Of a stretch of DNA of 59,158 nucleotides, positions 29,083 through 37,694 are shown piece after piece. The notes beneath the pieces are model-generated. The model ran no database searches. It was not told the origin of the DNA and saw nothing but the letters and a program-made list of their open reading frames with translations. A program made the position numbers and the translations under genes. Source of the DNA: a virus (lineage: Duplodnaviria > Caudoviricetes). The stretch is taken from positions 1 through 59,158 of the IMG/VR virus record IMGVR_UViG_3300035683_000206; one strand, given 5' to 3'. Position 1 is the stretch's first letter. Each line of letters begins with the position of its first letter.

Positions 29083-29894
29083 CCGCGCGCGTGCATTTCC
29101 CGCAATAGTTTCGCGGCCGTCCGGCGGGTGGACTCCTCCCCGTTCCGGGCGGCCGTCTTACGGGCCAGCGCGACGGCGCTTCGCGCGCCGCGGCGATCCT
29201 CCCCTAGGAGGTGCAGCGCAAGACCGAGAGAGTACCACCCCCACGCACTATCGCAGCCAGCGCCGGCAAGATCCTCGCGCAACGCCAGCACCGCAGCAAG
29301 CGCCCCGTCGCGCTGGCCGCCAACGGCGAGGGAGGACGCGAGGTTCGCCCGCGCCGTCAGGCGCAGCGCCGGGTCTGTGACGCGCTCCAGTTCCCCCGCG
29401 TACACGTACGCCGCTTCGCGGGGGCGGCCGGTGGTGAACAGGCCCCATGCGCGGTCTATCGCGAGCCGCGACGGCTGGCGCGCCGGAGCGTAGAAGCCCG
29501 CCGCCTTCTCGAAATAGCTTTCGGCGGTGCGGGTGCTCCCGGCGACCATGTGCAGCGTGTAAAGGTCGTGATACACAGCCCCCCGGCGCTCGGCGCCTGC
29601 AGGGGATTCCGCAAGCGCCTGCGCTCGCCGGAGTGCCCGCGCCCCGCGCCCAGGCTCGCCCTGCTCATAGGCCGCCCACGCGGCGACCTGCCGCGCTCGG
29701 CAAGCCGACAATGTGTCCCCCTCCAGCTCCGCCGCTGTCGCGGCGGCCAGCCCCAGCCGCTCCGCTTCCGCGTGGGCGCACCGGCTCTGCGCATCAAGGG
29801 CGAGCGCCAGGGCGCCCGCGGCCGTCTCTGCTGCCTGCATCGTCTCTGCGGGTGGGAGTGGCCCCGGCCGCTCGCATGGGCGGCCGGGGGTCAA
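29079..29894 (-). CDS. TPR-like protein 1 (candidate peptide receptor; start may be 29840)
   Basis: Ala-rich helical repeats, GAVYHDL motif; convergent with and overlapping the lipoprotein stop. Confidence 0.75.
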   Translation of the reverse strand: MTPGRPCERPGPLPPAETMQAAETAAGALALALDAQSRCAHAEAERLGLAAATAAELEGDTLSACRARQVAAWAAYEQGEPGRGARALRRAQALAESPAGAERRGAVYHDLYTLHMVAGSTRTAESYFEKAAGFYAPARQPSRLAIDRAWGLFTTGRPREAAYVYAGELERVTDPALRLTARANLASSLAVGGQRDGALAAVLALREDLAGAGCDSAWGWYSLGLALHLLGEDRRGARSAVALARKTAARNGEESTRRTAAKLLREMHARG

Positions 29895-29905
29895 CGTGTC
29901 GTCCG

Positions 29906-30340
29906 CTAGGCCGCTTGGGAAGGGTAGCGGCCGTGCGTGGTGAGGAAGGCGCGCACCGTGTAGGCGTCCGCCTCGCTGATCTGCACCGGGTCGAACGTCT
30001 CCGGGCTCACGACGCGAGAAAGCACGTCCAGCACCACCGGGGGCACCGCCACACCGTCCGCGCGCAGGGAAAGGGCGACGACAGCCTCACGGAACGCGTC
30101 CCATTCGTCAAGCAGCTCCACCATCCCGTATGCCACGTCGGGCGCCATCGGCAGATCCGAGGCGTGCAGGTATCCCGCCGAGACCGCACCCTGGGACGCG
30201 AGCGTAACGTGCGCCATCGCGTCGAAGGGTCGAAGCTTGTTCCCGAAGCTGTTGGCGATGTCGTCCAGACTCCACCCCGCCTCAAGCTGGGCAATCGCCG
30301 CCCCGGTGCCGGGCCGGGCACCCGGCGTCGTCGCGGTCAC
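29906..30340 (-). CDS. Hypothetical protein
   Basis: GTGA-coupled to the upstream gene, GGAGG RBS. Confidence 0.65.
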   Translation of the reverse strand: MTATTPGARPGTGAAIAQLEAGWSLDDIANSFGNKLRPFDAMAHVTLASQGAVSAGYLHASDLPMAPDVAYGMVELLDEWDAFREAVVALSLRADGVAVPPVVLDVLSRVVSPETFDPVQISEADAYTVRAFLTTHGRYPSQAA

Positions 30341-30843
30341 GCTGCACCCTCCGGCATGCGGACGCCACGGGTGCGGAGGAACCGGGTCAGGTCGGCCGCT
30401 TCCTCCGGGCCCAGGTCGGCGCCGCCCGCGGCGAGCGCGGACGCAAGGAGCCGGACGGCCGCGGGGGGGATCCGCCGCGCCTGCGGGCGTGCCTCGATGT
30501 ACAGGCCGTGCGCATCGGTCCAGGCGTCCACCACGTCCGTGAAGTCCTCCCCCAGGCGCCGCAGCAGCCCCCCAAGCTCGTAAGCCGGGAGCGCCGCCGC
30601 AACGGCCTCCATCAAGCTGCTTTTTCTGACGGGCTCCGTGTGAAAGTCCGCCTCTTCCAGCACCGCCCCGAGTAGGGACAGGGCGAGAATCCGCTCCCCG
30701 AACTGGTGCAGGCCGAACTCCGCGGCGTCCCGCTCCACCCGCTGCAGCTCCGCGGCGGGGTCGGCCAAGGCGGCGGCCAGCGCGTCCCGCTCCTCCGTGG
30801 GGGCTTCGGTCTGCGTGGTGTCCTGCGTCGTGTGTCCAGCCAT
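30337..30843 (-). CDS. Hypothetical protein
   Basis: AAGGAG RBS before ATG 30843. Confidence 0.7.
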   Translation of the reverse strand: MAGHTTQDTTQTEAPTEERDALAAALADPAAELQRVERDAAEFGLHQFGERILALSLLGAVLEEADFHTEPVRKSSLMEAVAAALPAYELGGLLRRLGEDFTDVVDAWTDAHGLYIEARPQARRIPPAAVRLLASALAAGGADLGPEEAADLTRFLRTRGVRMPEGAA

Positions 30844-30981
30844 GATTGCGCTCCTTGCGCGGTCCCGGCGGCCCACCGGCGGGGGGTCGTGGCGCTACGG
30901 GTGTGAATGCTTGAGGGGGCCGGGCGATAGTCGCCGTGGCTCCGGGCCCCCGCCTTCAACGCTCTTGCGCGGGCGAGCGTT

Positions 30982-31030
30982 GTAACGTAACGTACGTTAC
31001 GCAATGGGGTCTGTCAAGCACAATTTGACA
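30982..31030. promoter_or_regulatory. Divergent promoter/operator region
   Basis: Minus-strand TTGACA(31017-31012)-N17-TACGTT; GTAACGTAA at 30982; palindrome GTAACGTACGTTAC at 30987-31000; plus-strand TTGACA at 31025. Confidence 0.7.
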
Positions 31031-31040
31031 TACGGGGGCC

Positions 31041-31322
31041 GTGGATTTTAAGACAGCAGCGGGTACTCTTACGGCGCCCGCGGACGTGAGCAACGCGATC
31101 TTGGCGGACGCGTTTGGCGTGTCTCGCGTGACAATAACTCGCTGGCGCAGCGATGAATACAGCGAGGACGCGCGCGAGGGGTGGGAGCAGGTCGTTGCCG
31201 CTCTCGCGGAGACCGGCGCGGCTAGGTACGAAGAGCGTGCCGCCGAGCTTCGCGCGCTCGCGGCCGAACTGCGAGCAACCACGCATACCGAAGGGAGACC
31301 GAACGACCATGCGGGCGAGTAG
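31041..31322 (+). CDS. Small HTH regulator (Cro/XRE-like)
   Basis: SNAILADAFGVSRVTITRWR; divergent from the minus-strand operon. Confidence 0.7.
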   Translation: MDFKTAAGTLTAPADVSNAILADAFGVSRVTITRWRSDEYSEDAREGWEQVVAALAETGAARYEERAAELRALAAELRATTHTEGRPNDHAGE

Positions 31323-31914
31323 ATTCCACCTTGCGGCGGCCGTCGCCGTGGCGCTGGCCGCCGGGTGTGGGGACGGCGGGACCGGTCCGCAGCCGCGGGT
31401 CCGGCTCGACTTCGCGAGCCTCGCCGGGGAATGGGTGCTCACGTCGGACGTGACGGGGCGGGTGCCCTGCACGGTGGACCACTGCGCGGTAGTCTCCGGC
31501 GGCAAGGAGTACGACCGGCAGCAGCGGCGCATCCGCGCGCGGGTGACGGTCGGGGCCCCAGCGGAGCAGTCCGCGGAGACCGAGAACGGCGGAAGCTTCT
31601 ACACGGTGTCCCGCCACCCGGCTAACTACCTTGGCACCGATAGCATTTACCTGCTGGAGAGGAATGGCTCCGGGCGTATCGTGGGTCAGGTGAAGGCCAT
31701 CAACGTAAGCACGTCGCTCACAGTTCAAGCGCAGTCCACGCCGGGCGGAGCCCCTACGGCCCGCGTGCACGTGTACCTGCGCCCGTATAGCGGGCCCTCA
31801 ACCAGTTACGACGCATCCCTGCAGGGAGAGGGCTCGCAGCCCCGCCGCCTGGTGGGCAGCGGGCCCGGTGACGGCCCCGCCAACGTCGGCGCGTGGACGA
31901 TGGAGCGGCCGTAG
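31309..31914 (+). CDS. Lipoprotein (lipocalin-like/beta-rich; possible superinfection exclusion)
   Basis: Signal peptide with LAAGC lipobox; LAGEWVL and terminal GAWTMER. Confidence 0.75.
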   Translation: MRASRFHLAAAVAVALAAGCGDGGTGPQPRVRLDFASLAGEWVLTSDVTGRVPCTVDHCAVVSGGKEYDRQQRRIRARVTVGAPAEQSAETENGGSFYTVSRHPANYLGTDSIYLLERNGSGRIVGQVKAINVSTSLTVQAQSTPGGAPTARVHVYLRPYSGPSTSYDASLQGEGSQPRRLVGSGPGDGPANVGAWTMERP

Positions 31915-31936
31915 CGCGTCGCCAGCGCCGTGAAGG

Positions 31937-31965
31937 TTGATCTGTGCGGCAACGTGCTGTAACTT
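31937..31965 (+). promoter_or_regulatory. Sigma70-like promoter restarting the tail operon
   Basis: TTGATC-N17-TAACTT. Confidence 0.55.
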
Positions 31966-32007
31966 GAACGCTCCCGGCCGCGCCCCCGCGGCGGCCGAGC
32001 CGAAACC

Positions 32008-32055
32008 ACGGGCAGGACGCCCCCGAGCTCAGCTGAGCTCGGGGGTGTTTTCGTT
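32008..32055 (+). terminator. Leader palindrome plus T-tract (repeat family 1, copy 2)
   Basis: ACGGGCAGGACGCCCCCGAGCTCAGCTGAGCTCGGGGGTGTTTTCGTT. Confidence 0.7.
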
Positions 32056-32074
32056 ACCCCTCTCCTCCTCCTCG

Positions 32075-32494
32075 ATGTCTCTGCGCTGGCGGCCTCGCCT
32101 CAGCTTCCCCGACCTGGTGCTCACGCTGTCGCAGCCGATGCGGCCGCCCCGGCCGACGTCGCAGGGGATCGGCGCCGGGCGCGAGAAGAGCGCGGCCGGC
32201 ATCCCCTCCGTGTGGCCGGGGCGCCGCGAGCGGGGGTCCGTGCTGGTGCTGCAAGGCGTGGAATCCGAATGGCCCGCCGTGGTGGCGTTCATGGAGCGCG
32301 CCGTGCTGGGGGAGCCGTTCACGCTGAAGCCGGACCGGGACCAGGCGGCCGTCTATTCCGTCTATCTGGAGCGGCCGTCTGCAGAGGACCGGATCGCCCC
32401 CGACGATGGGCAGATCCGCGGGATGTGGACCTACACCATCGAAGTCGTGACGGTGGATGGTGCGCCCCTCCACATTGCCTACTTCGGGCTGTAG
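32075..32494 (+). CDS. Putative distal tail protein
   Basis: First structural gene after TMP and the insertion; size. Confidence 0.6.
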   Translation: MSLRWRPRLSFPDLVLTLSQPMRPPRPTSQGIGAGREKSAAGIPSVWPGRRERGSVLVLQGVESEWPAVVAFMERAVLGEPFTLKPDRDQAAVYSVYLERPSAEDRIAPDDGQIRGMWTYTIEVVTVDGAPLHIAYFGL

Positions 32495-32496
32495 CT

Positions 32497-35400
32497 ATGG
32501 CTGACTTCACCTTCACCGTCTACCGCGAGGACGGCAGCGAGCTGTTCCAGGTGGGCACGGCCGCCGACCATCCCGCCCCGTACCTGCACCTCCCGGGCGA
32601 GTACGACGCGGGGGAAATCGACCTGCTGAACGGCCGGGCGCTACTTGGGCAGATCGGCGCCCGCGTGATTGATCCGGCGCTCGGGGCGGACCACACCGAC
32701 CGCTTCCTGACCCGCCTGCTGGGCATCCCCGCCGGCCAGCCGGGCGCCGGGCATTCCGCCGTCAACGGCCGCCGGGCCACGTTCCGCCGGGTGGGGCCGG
32801 ACGGCGCGCGCCTGCTGCTGGAAGGCAGCGTCGGGGGGGTGGAGCTGAGCGAGTCGCGGGCGGGCTTCCGCTTTACGCTGCTGGACTCGCGGGCGGGGGA
32901 GCTGAAAGCCAAGGCGTTCCAGCTCGCGGGAACGTCTACGGTCTGGCCGCGGGGGGTGCTGGATGGATACGGGCGGCTCCCCGGCGGCGGATGGCTGGCG
33001 CCGCCCACGCGGCCGGCGTCGGGCACCGTTCGCACCACCGGGATTGCGAACTGGCGAATTGTGAAGGTGGACCGGGCGCGGGTGCTGAAACATGACCTGA
33101 TCTTGACCGACGCGATGCGCGAGAGCGTGCGGCCCGCGTGGTCCGCGGAGCGCAGCCGCTGGGAGGTGCCGGGGGTGGTGGTGCGCTGGCGGGTCGTGGG
33201 GGGGCAATGGGAGACGATCCCCCACATGGAGGTTTCGGACCCCGCGTACCGCTCCGGGATTCGCGGCGTCAGCCTCTTCGACACGGACCCCAGCGAGATC
33301 AAGGACCACGACGGCCGCGCCGTCCCCGCGGACCTGATCGACTTCGTCCACCTGCGCGCGGACGCGGGCGAGCCGCTGCCGGAGGCAGGTGACCGCGTCG
33401 AAATCATCCTGCTGCACGCGGGCGCGCCCAGCGAGGCGTACCCGTTCCATTGGGAGGGGACGGCCGGGGAGCTTCTGCACGGGCTCCACACGGGCGCCTT
33501 TGGTGGGCCGGCCGTGCCGGTGGACGCGGCGCGGTTCATCGGCGCCGATGCGCTCCCGGTCATGCGGACGCCGCTCCGGCTGCGAATTACAAAGGCGGTG
33601 GACGACCGCAAGGCGTTCGCGGAGCGCATCTACAAGGCGCTGCTCGCGGCGCCCGCGCTGGACGCGGAAGGGCGGATCTCGCCGGTGGTGGGGTCGCTGC
33701 CGGGCGTGGACGCCGAGCTGCCGCAGGTGGACGACACCAACGCGAAGCCCATTGCGGGGTGGAGTCACCCCCTCGCGGGGGCGGTAACGGTCGTCTCCGT
33801 GAAGTACGGCCGTGATTACCTCATCCCCGCCGAACAGGACCCGACCGGCGCGCGCTCCGGCGGGGACGGCATTGCGACGCAGGAAGTGGAGGTGCGCAGG
33901 CCGGCCCCCCCGGACCTGCTCGACCTGCTGGGCGAGCGCGTGCACGAAGTCGGCGGGACCGACTTTTTCCGGGCGCTCGGCGGGGCCGAAGGCCGGCCGG
34001 TCACAGGAGACGTGCTGGACGAAGCCGGGGCGCAGCGCGCGATTGCGCTCGGCTACGAGATCCTTGACCGCTGGGTATTCGGGGGCCAGACGTCGTTCTG
34101 CCAGGTGGCGGCGGCCGACTTCCCCGGGCTGCGGGAAGGTTCGTGGATCTTGGACGCGCGGAGTTGGCGCCCCGTGTACCGTCACGGTCGGCGTGGTTCG
34201 GCCGCGACGCTGGCTCAGGTGGCTGCGGTCCGCGCCGTCTCCGATACGCAGCTCGGCTTACGGCTGATCGACGCGGGCCCGGCGGACCAGCCGCTCGACC
34301 CCCCGCAGCTCGGCGCGGCGACGGTCGGCGAGGATGGGGTGTTGAGTGCCGCGGTGGACGCCGTGGTGGCCGGCGCGGAGGCGGCGGTGGAATATGCGCT
34401 GTCGCCCGCACTGCCGGGGCAGCACTCTGGTCTCTGGACCTTTCTTGGGCGGTTGGGCGCGCCGGGGGTGCTCCGCTCCGCCCCCCTTCCGGCCGGGGTC
34501 ACGGCGTGGGTGCGGGCGCGAAGCGTAGCACTGGGCCGCCGCCGGTCCGCGTGGGTGGTCGCTGCGCTGTTCGCGGTCCCCGCGGTGCCGCGGTTGACGT
34601 CGTTCGGGGTGGAGCTGGAGGATGGTGGCGTGCGCTTTTCGTGGACCTCGAACGGGTTCACCGGCGCGGTGCGGGTGCATTACGTCGTTCGAATCGCGGG
34701 CTCTAGCGCTCCTCTCGCCGCCTCTGTAGATGCGCCCGCCGGGCCGGGTACCGTCTCCCTGGCGGTAGCGGTCCCGGCCGGGGCAGAGATCGCAGCCGAG
34801 GGCGAGCCGTGGACGTGGTGGAGCGGCGCGGCGGTCACCGGCGAGGCGGGGTTGCGCATCCCGGCCAGCGCCGCGCGCCCGGCCGACGATTCCGCGTACG
34901 CGATCCTGCAAGCGCGCGTCGTGGAGGACCGCGACACGGAGGTGGTCGTCGAGGTGCGGACGGGCCCGCTGGTGGACGAACTTCAAATTTTCGTCCAGCT
35001 GGTGCCGACGCCGTATATCGGCCGGACCGACCCCAAGGTCACCGGCACCGCACGGCCCGGGGCGGTCGTCGTGGACACCCGCGCGCGCGTCACCCTGCCG
35101 AAGCCGAGCGGCCGCTACCTCCTCCTGGTCTCGGTTGTCGCGCTCGATGCCGATCTCCGGGAGCGGGGCTCCAGGGAGCTCTCGATCCCCGCGGCCGAGG
35201 TGCGCCTCGGCGAGCGCGTCGCCGCCGCGGTGGTGGGGGACGCGGCCGACGTCACGGTGTCGCTGGACCGCCCCAGCCTGAGCGCCTTCCCGGTGGAGTG
35301 CGGCGTGTACCTGGAGGACACCGACGGGGTCCCCCTGGTACGTCACACCTTCACCGCCGACGGGCCGCGCGCGATCGGGCCCGCCGACTACCCGGAGCTC

Positions 35401-37449
35401 GGCGCGATCCCGCTGCCGGAGCGGAGGCCGCTCGACGTGATCGCCGCCTTCGAGGCGGTGGACGGCTCCCTCCGCTTCGCCCGCGCCAGCCCGAACCGGG
35501 ACCCGCTCCCCTGGGGGGCGCCGAGCGCCGACGACTACCGGCCGGACGCGCGCATCGTCCTGCCGTACGACCCGGACACGGACGCGATCTACGTGCGGCT
35601 CGGCGACGGCCGCGTGCGGACCTACACCGCGTTGGTGGGCGGGGGCAGCTGGGTGTACATCCGGGGCACCACGACGCTCGACGACGGCAGCGTGGAGGAC
35701 ACGCTCCGCCCCGGGGAGACCAGCACGCCCTACGTGGTCGAGTACGAGGGAGGCGGCGCGCGCCTGGAGTACTTCCGCGCTCCCCTGCACGGCGTCGCCC
35801 CGCAGGCGCCCTCCGCCCGGGGCTACTTCGACCTGGTGGCGAACCGCACCGCGGCGGCCGCAGGCGCCGACCTGGCGAGTCCCGTCGGCGAGGACGTGGG
35901 GCTCCGCGTGCGCTTCGCCGCGGACGCCGATGCGCCGATCTATACCCTCGTCTCCGCCGACAACACGCCCCTGTACCTGCCGAGCGGCTCGCGCGTGACG
36001 CCGGCGGCGCTCTATGACGACGGACCTGGCGCGCCGCTGGCCAAGCTCGCGGCCGTCGCGCTCCGGAGCGGGCAGATCGTGCACCTGGAGATCCAGGCGT
36101 ACGGCCGCGACAGCGGTGTGTCGGGCCCCTGGACCCCGCTGCCGCTCTCGCTGATGGAGCGCGCCCGCGGCGGGAGCCTGGAGGGCACGTACGACCCCGC
36201 CACCGGCCACATCACCGCGGAAGCGATCGGGGGGACCCACCAGCAGAGCGCGCTGGTGCTGGTGGCCGACAACGAGGCGATGGTGGGCGCCATGACGCAG
36301 GTCCTCGCCCTCACCGAAGGGGCCGTGCAGCGCCCGGTCTTCGCGGTCCCCGCGGCCAAGCGGCAGGGCACCTGGCACCTCCGGATGATCTGCAACAACG
36401 GCCCGGTGATCGCAGGTGCCCCCTCCGGGCTCGACGGCGACGCGCTCACCGCGCGCGTGGTGCTGCCGGACCCGATCCCCACCGTCCGCAAGGTGCCCTC
36501 GCAGAGCGGGTCCACGGGCCTGCTGAGCCTGGAGATCACCGACCTGTCGGGGCGGCGGGGGGCGGTGCGCTTCAAGACGCACGCGGGCGGCGGGGACGTG
36601 AGCTTCGCCGACCCCGGGGACGGCAGCTGGAGCGACGACCCGACGGCGCCCTACGCCGCGAGCGTCTCCATCGACCCCAAGCACGGGGCGTGGATCGCGG
36701 GCGCCATCGCGTACACGGCCCACGACGGCGCACAGCGCTGGCTGATCGAGACCCACCACTTCGACCCGGACCAGTGGGCGCGCGTCGAAAACCTGATGGC
36801 CACCTTCGACGCGTCGCACCAGGTGCTCCCCAGCGCCGGGGGCGACGAGGACACGGACGTCGTCTACTTCACCGTCGGCGTGGGCGCCGAGCCCGCCGAC
36901 CCCACCCCGAGCGCGCACAACGGCTTCGTGGTCGGCCGCTCGGGCTCGGTCAACACGGGCGTGGTGTGCGGGCCTGGCAGTACGGCCGTCGTCAAGGCCC
37001 GCGGGTGGAACAGCGTCACGGGGATCGCCCCCGCCGAGATGGTCAAGCGCATCGAGGAGCGGAACGGGGCGACGGTCGCCACGCCGGCGCCGCCGTTCGT
37101 CACCTCCGCCCGGGCCACGGCGACGGCCGGCAACACGCTCTGTGGCTCCATCGTGCACACGATCTACCTGTCGGTCTCGGACACCGCGGCCGCGGGCTAC
37201 GGGGTCGTCGTCGAGGAGTGGCGCACCGACGTGGAAGATTGGCAGGCCGTGCACGTGGGCATCCTCCCGCTCACCACCACCCAGGTGGCCCACAACGTGG
37301 CCGGGTACCGGATCACCCTCTCCCCCGACTACACCTCGCGCCGCGCCTGGACGTACCGCGTCCGCGTCGTCCGGACCTCGGACGGGGGGACCGCGTCGCC
37401 CCCGCAGGCGTGCGCCCCCGTCGAGCAGCTCGTGGCGGCCTGCTCATGA
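32497..37449 (+). CDS. Large tail tip / baseplate hub-central fibre protein (1650 aa)
   Basis: Position; many beta-rich Fn3/Ig-like segments (WVRARS, YRVRVV). Confidence 0.75.
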   Translation: MADFTFTVYREDGSELFQVGTAADHPAPYLHLPGEYDAGEIDLLNGRALLGQIGARVIDPALGADHTDRFLTRLLGIPAGQPGAGHSAVNGRRATFRRVGPDGARLLLEGSVGGVELSESRAGFRFTLLDSRAGELKAKAFQLAGTSTVWPRGVLDGYGRLPGGGWLAPPTRPASGTVRTTGIANWRIVKVDRARVLKHDLILTDAMRESVRPAWSAERSRWEVPGVVVRWRVVGGQWETIPHMEVSDPAYRSGIRGVSLFDTDPSEIKDHDGRAVPADLIDFVHLRADAGEPLPEAGDRVEIILLHAGAPSEAYPFHWEGTAGELLHGLHTGAFGGPAVPVDAARFIGADALPVMRTPLRLRITKAVDDRKAFAERIYKALLAAPALDAEGRISPVVGSLPGVDAELPQVDDTNAKPIAGWSHPLAGAVTVVSVKYGRDYLIPAEQDPTGARSGGDGIATQEVEVRRPAPPDLLDLLGERVHEVGGTDFFRALGGAEGRPVTGDVLDEAGAQRAIALGYEILDRWVFGGQTSFCQVAAADFPGLREGSWILDARSWRPVYRHGRRGSAATLAQVAAVRAVSDTQLGLRLIDAGPADQPLDPPQLGAATVGEDGVLSAAVDAVVAGAEAAVEYALSPALPGQHSGLWTFLGRLGAPGVLRSAPLPAGVTAWVRARSVALGRRRSAWVVAALFAVPAVPRLTSFGVELEDGGVRFSWTSNGFTGAVRVHYVVRIAGSSAPLAASVDAPAGPGTVSLAVAVPAGAEIAAEGEPWTWWSGAAVTGEAGLRIPASAARPADDSAYAILQARVVEDRDTEVVVEVRTGPLVDELQIFVQLVPTPYIGRTDPKVTGTARPGAVVVDTRARVTLPKPSGRYLLLVSVVALDADLRERGSRELSIPAAEVRLGERVAAAVVGDAADVTVSLDRPSLSAFPVECGVYLEDTDGVPLVRHTFTADGPRAIGPADYPELGAIPLPERRPLDVIAAFEAVDGSLRFARASPNRDPLPWGAPSADDYRPDARIVLPYDPDTDAIYVRLGDGRVRTYTALVGGGSWVYIRGTTTLDDGSVEDTLRPGETSTPYVVEYEGGGARLEYFRAPLHGVAPQAPSARGYFDLVANRTAAAAGADLASPVGEDVGLRVRFAADADAPIYTLVSADNTPLYLPSGSRVTPAALYDDGPGAPLAKLAAVALRSGQIVHLEIQAYGRDSGVSGPWTPLPLSLMERARGGSLEGTYDPATGHITAEAIGGTHQQSALVLVADNEAMVGAMTQVLALTEGAVQRPVFAVPAAKRQGTWHLRMICNNGPVIAGAPSGLDGDALTARVVLPDPIPTVRKVPSQSGSTGLLSLEITDLSGRRGAVRFKTHAGGGDVSFADPGDGSWSDDPTAPYAASVSIDPKHGAWIAGAIAYTAHDGAQRWLIETHHFDPDQWARVENLMATFDASHQVLPSAGGDEDTDVVYFTVGVGAEPADPTPSAHNGFVVGRSGSVNTGVVCGPGSTAVVKARGWNSVTGIAPAEMVKRIEERNGATVATPAPPFVTSARATATAGNTLCGSIVHTIYLSVSDTAAAGYGVVVEEWRTDVEDWQAVHVGILPLTTTQVAHNVAGYRITLSPDYTSRRAWTYRVRVVRTSDGGTASPPQACAPVEQLVAACS

Positions 37450-37694
37450 GCGGCTACGCCCAGTGGGACGAACCCGCCGGCCTCGTCCCCGCCGCGCGCC
37501 TGCCCGGCCGCGCCGGGCTCCGCGCCAACGGCGACGGCACCTGGAGCTACACGGATGTCCCGGCCGAGATCACGGGCGTGCTTGCCGACGCCGGCGACGG
37601 GACGGCCGTGCCCGACGCCACCACCACCACCCAGACGGCCGTGCGCCTCGCGCGTGGGCCGGACGGGACCATCACCGCCTACGGGACGCTATGA
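37446..37694 (+). CDS. Small tail-associated protein
   Basis: ATGA coupling at both ends; VPAARLP, LRANGDGTW. Confidence 0.65.
   Translation: MSGYAQWDEPAGLVPAARLPGRAGLRANGDGTWSYTDVPAEITGVLADAGDGTAVPDATTTTQTAVRLARGPDGTITAYGTL

Larger units (their letters stand above)
25506..31920. mobile_element. Accessory insertion (moron-like island) splitting the tail operon
   Basis: Mostly minus-strand genes with their own promoters and HTH, between TMP and the distal tail gene. Confidence 0.65.
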
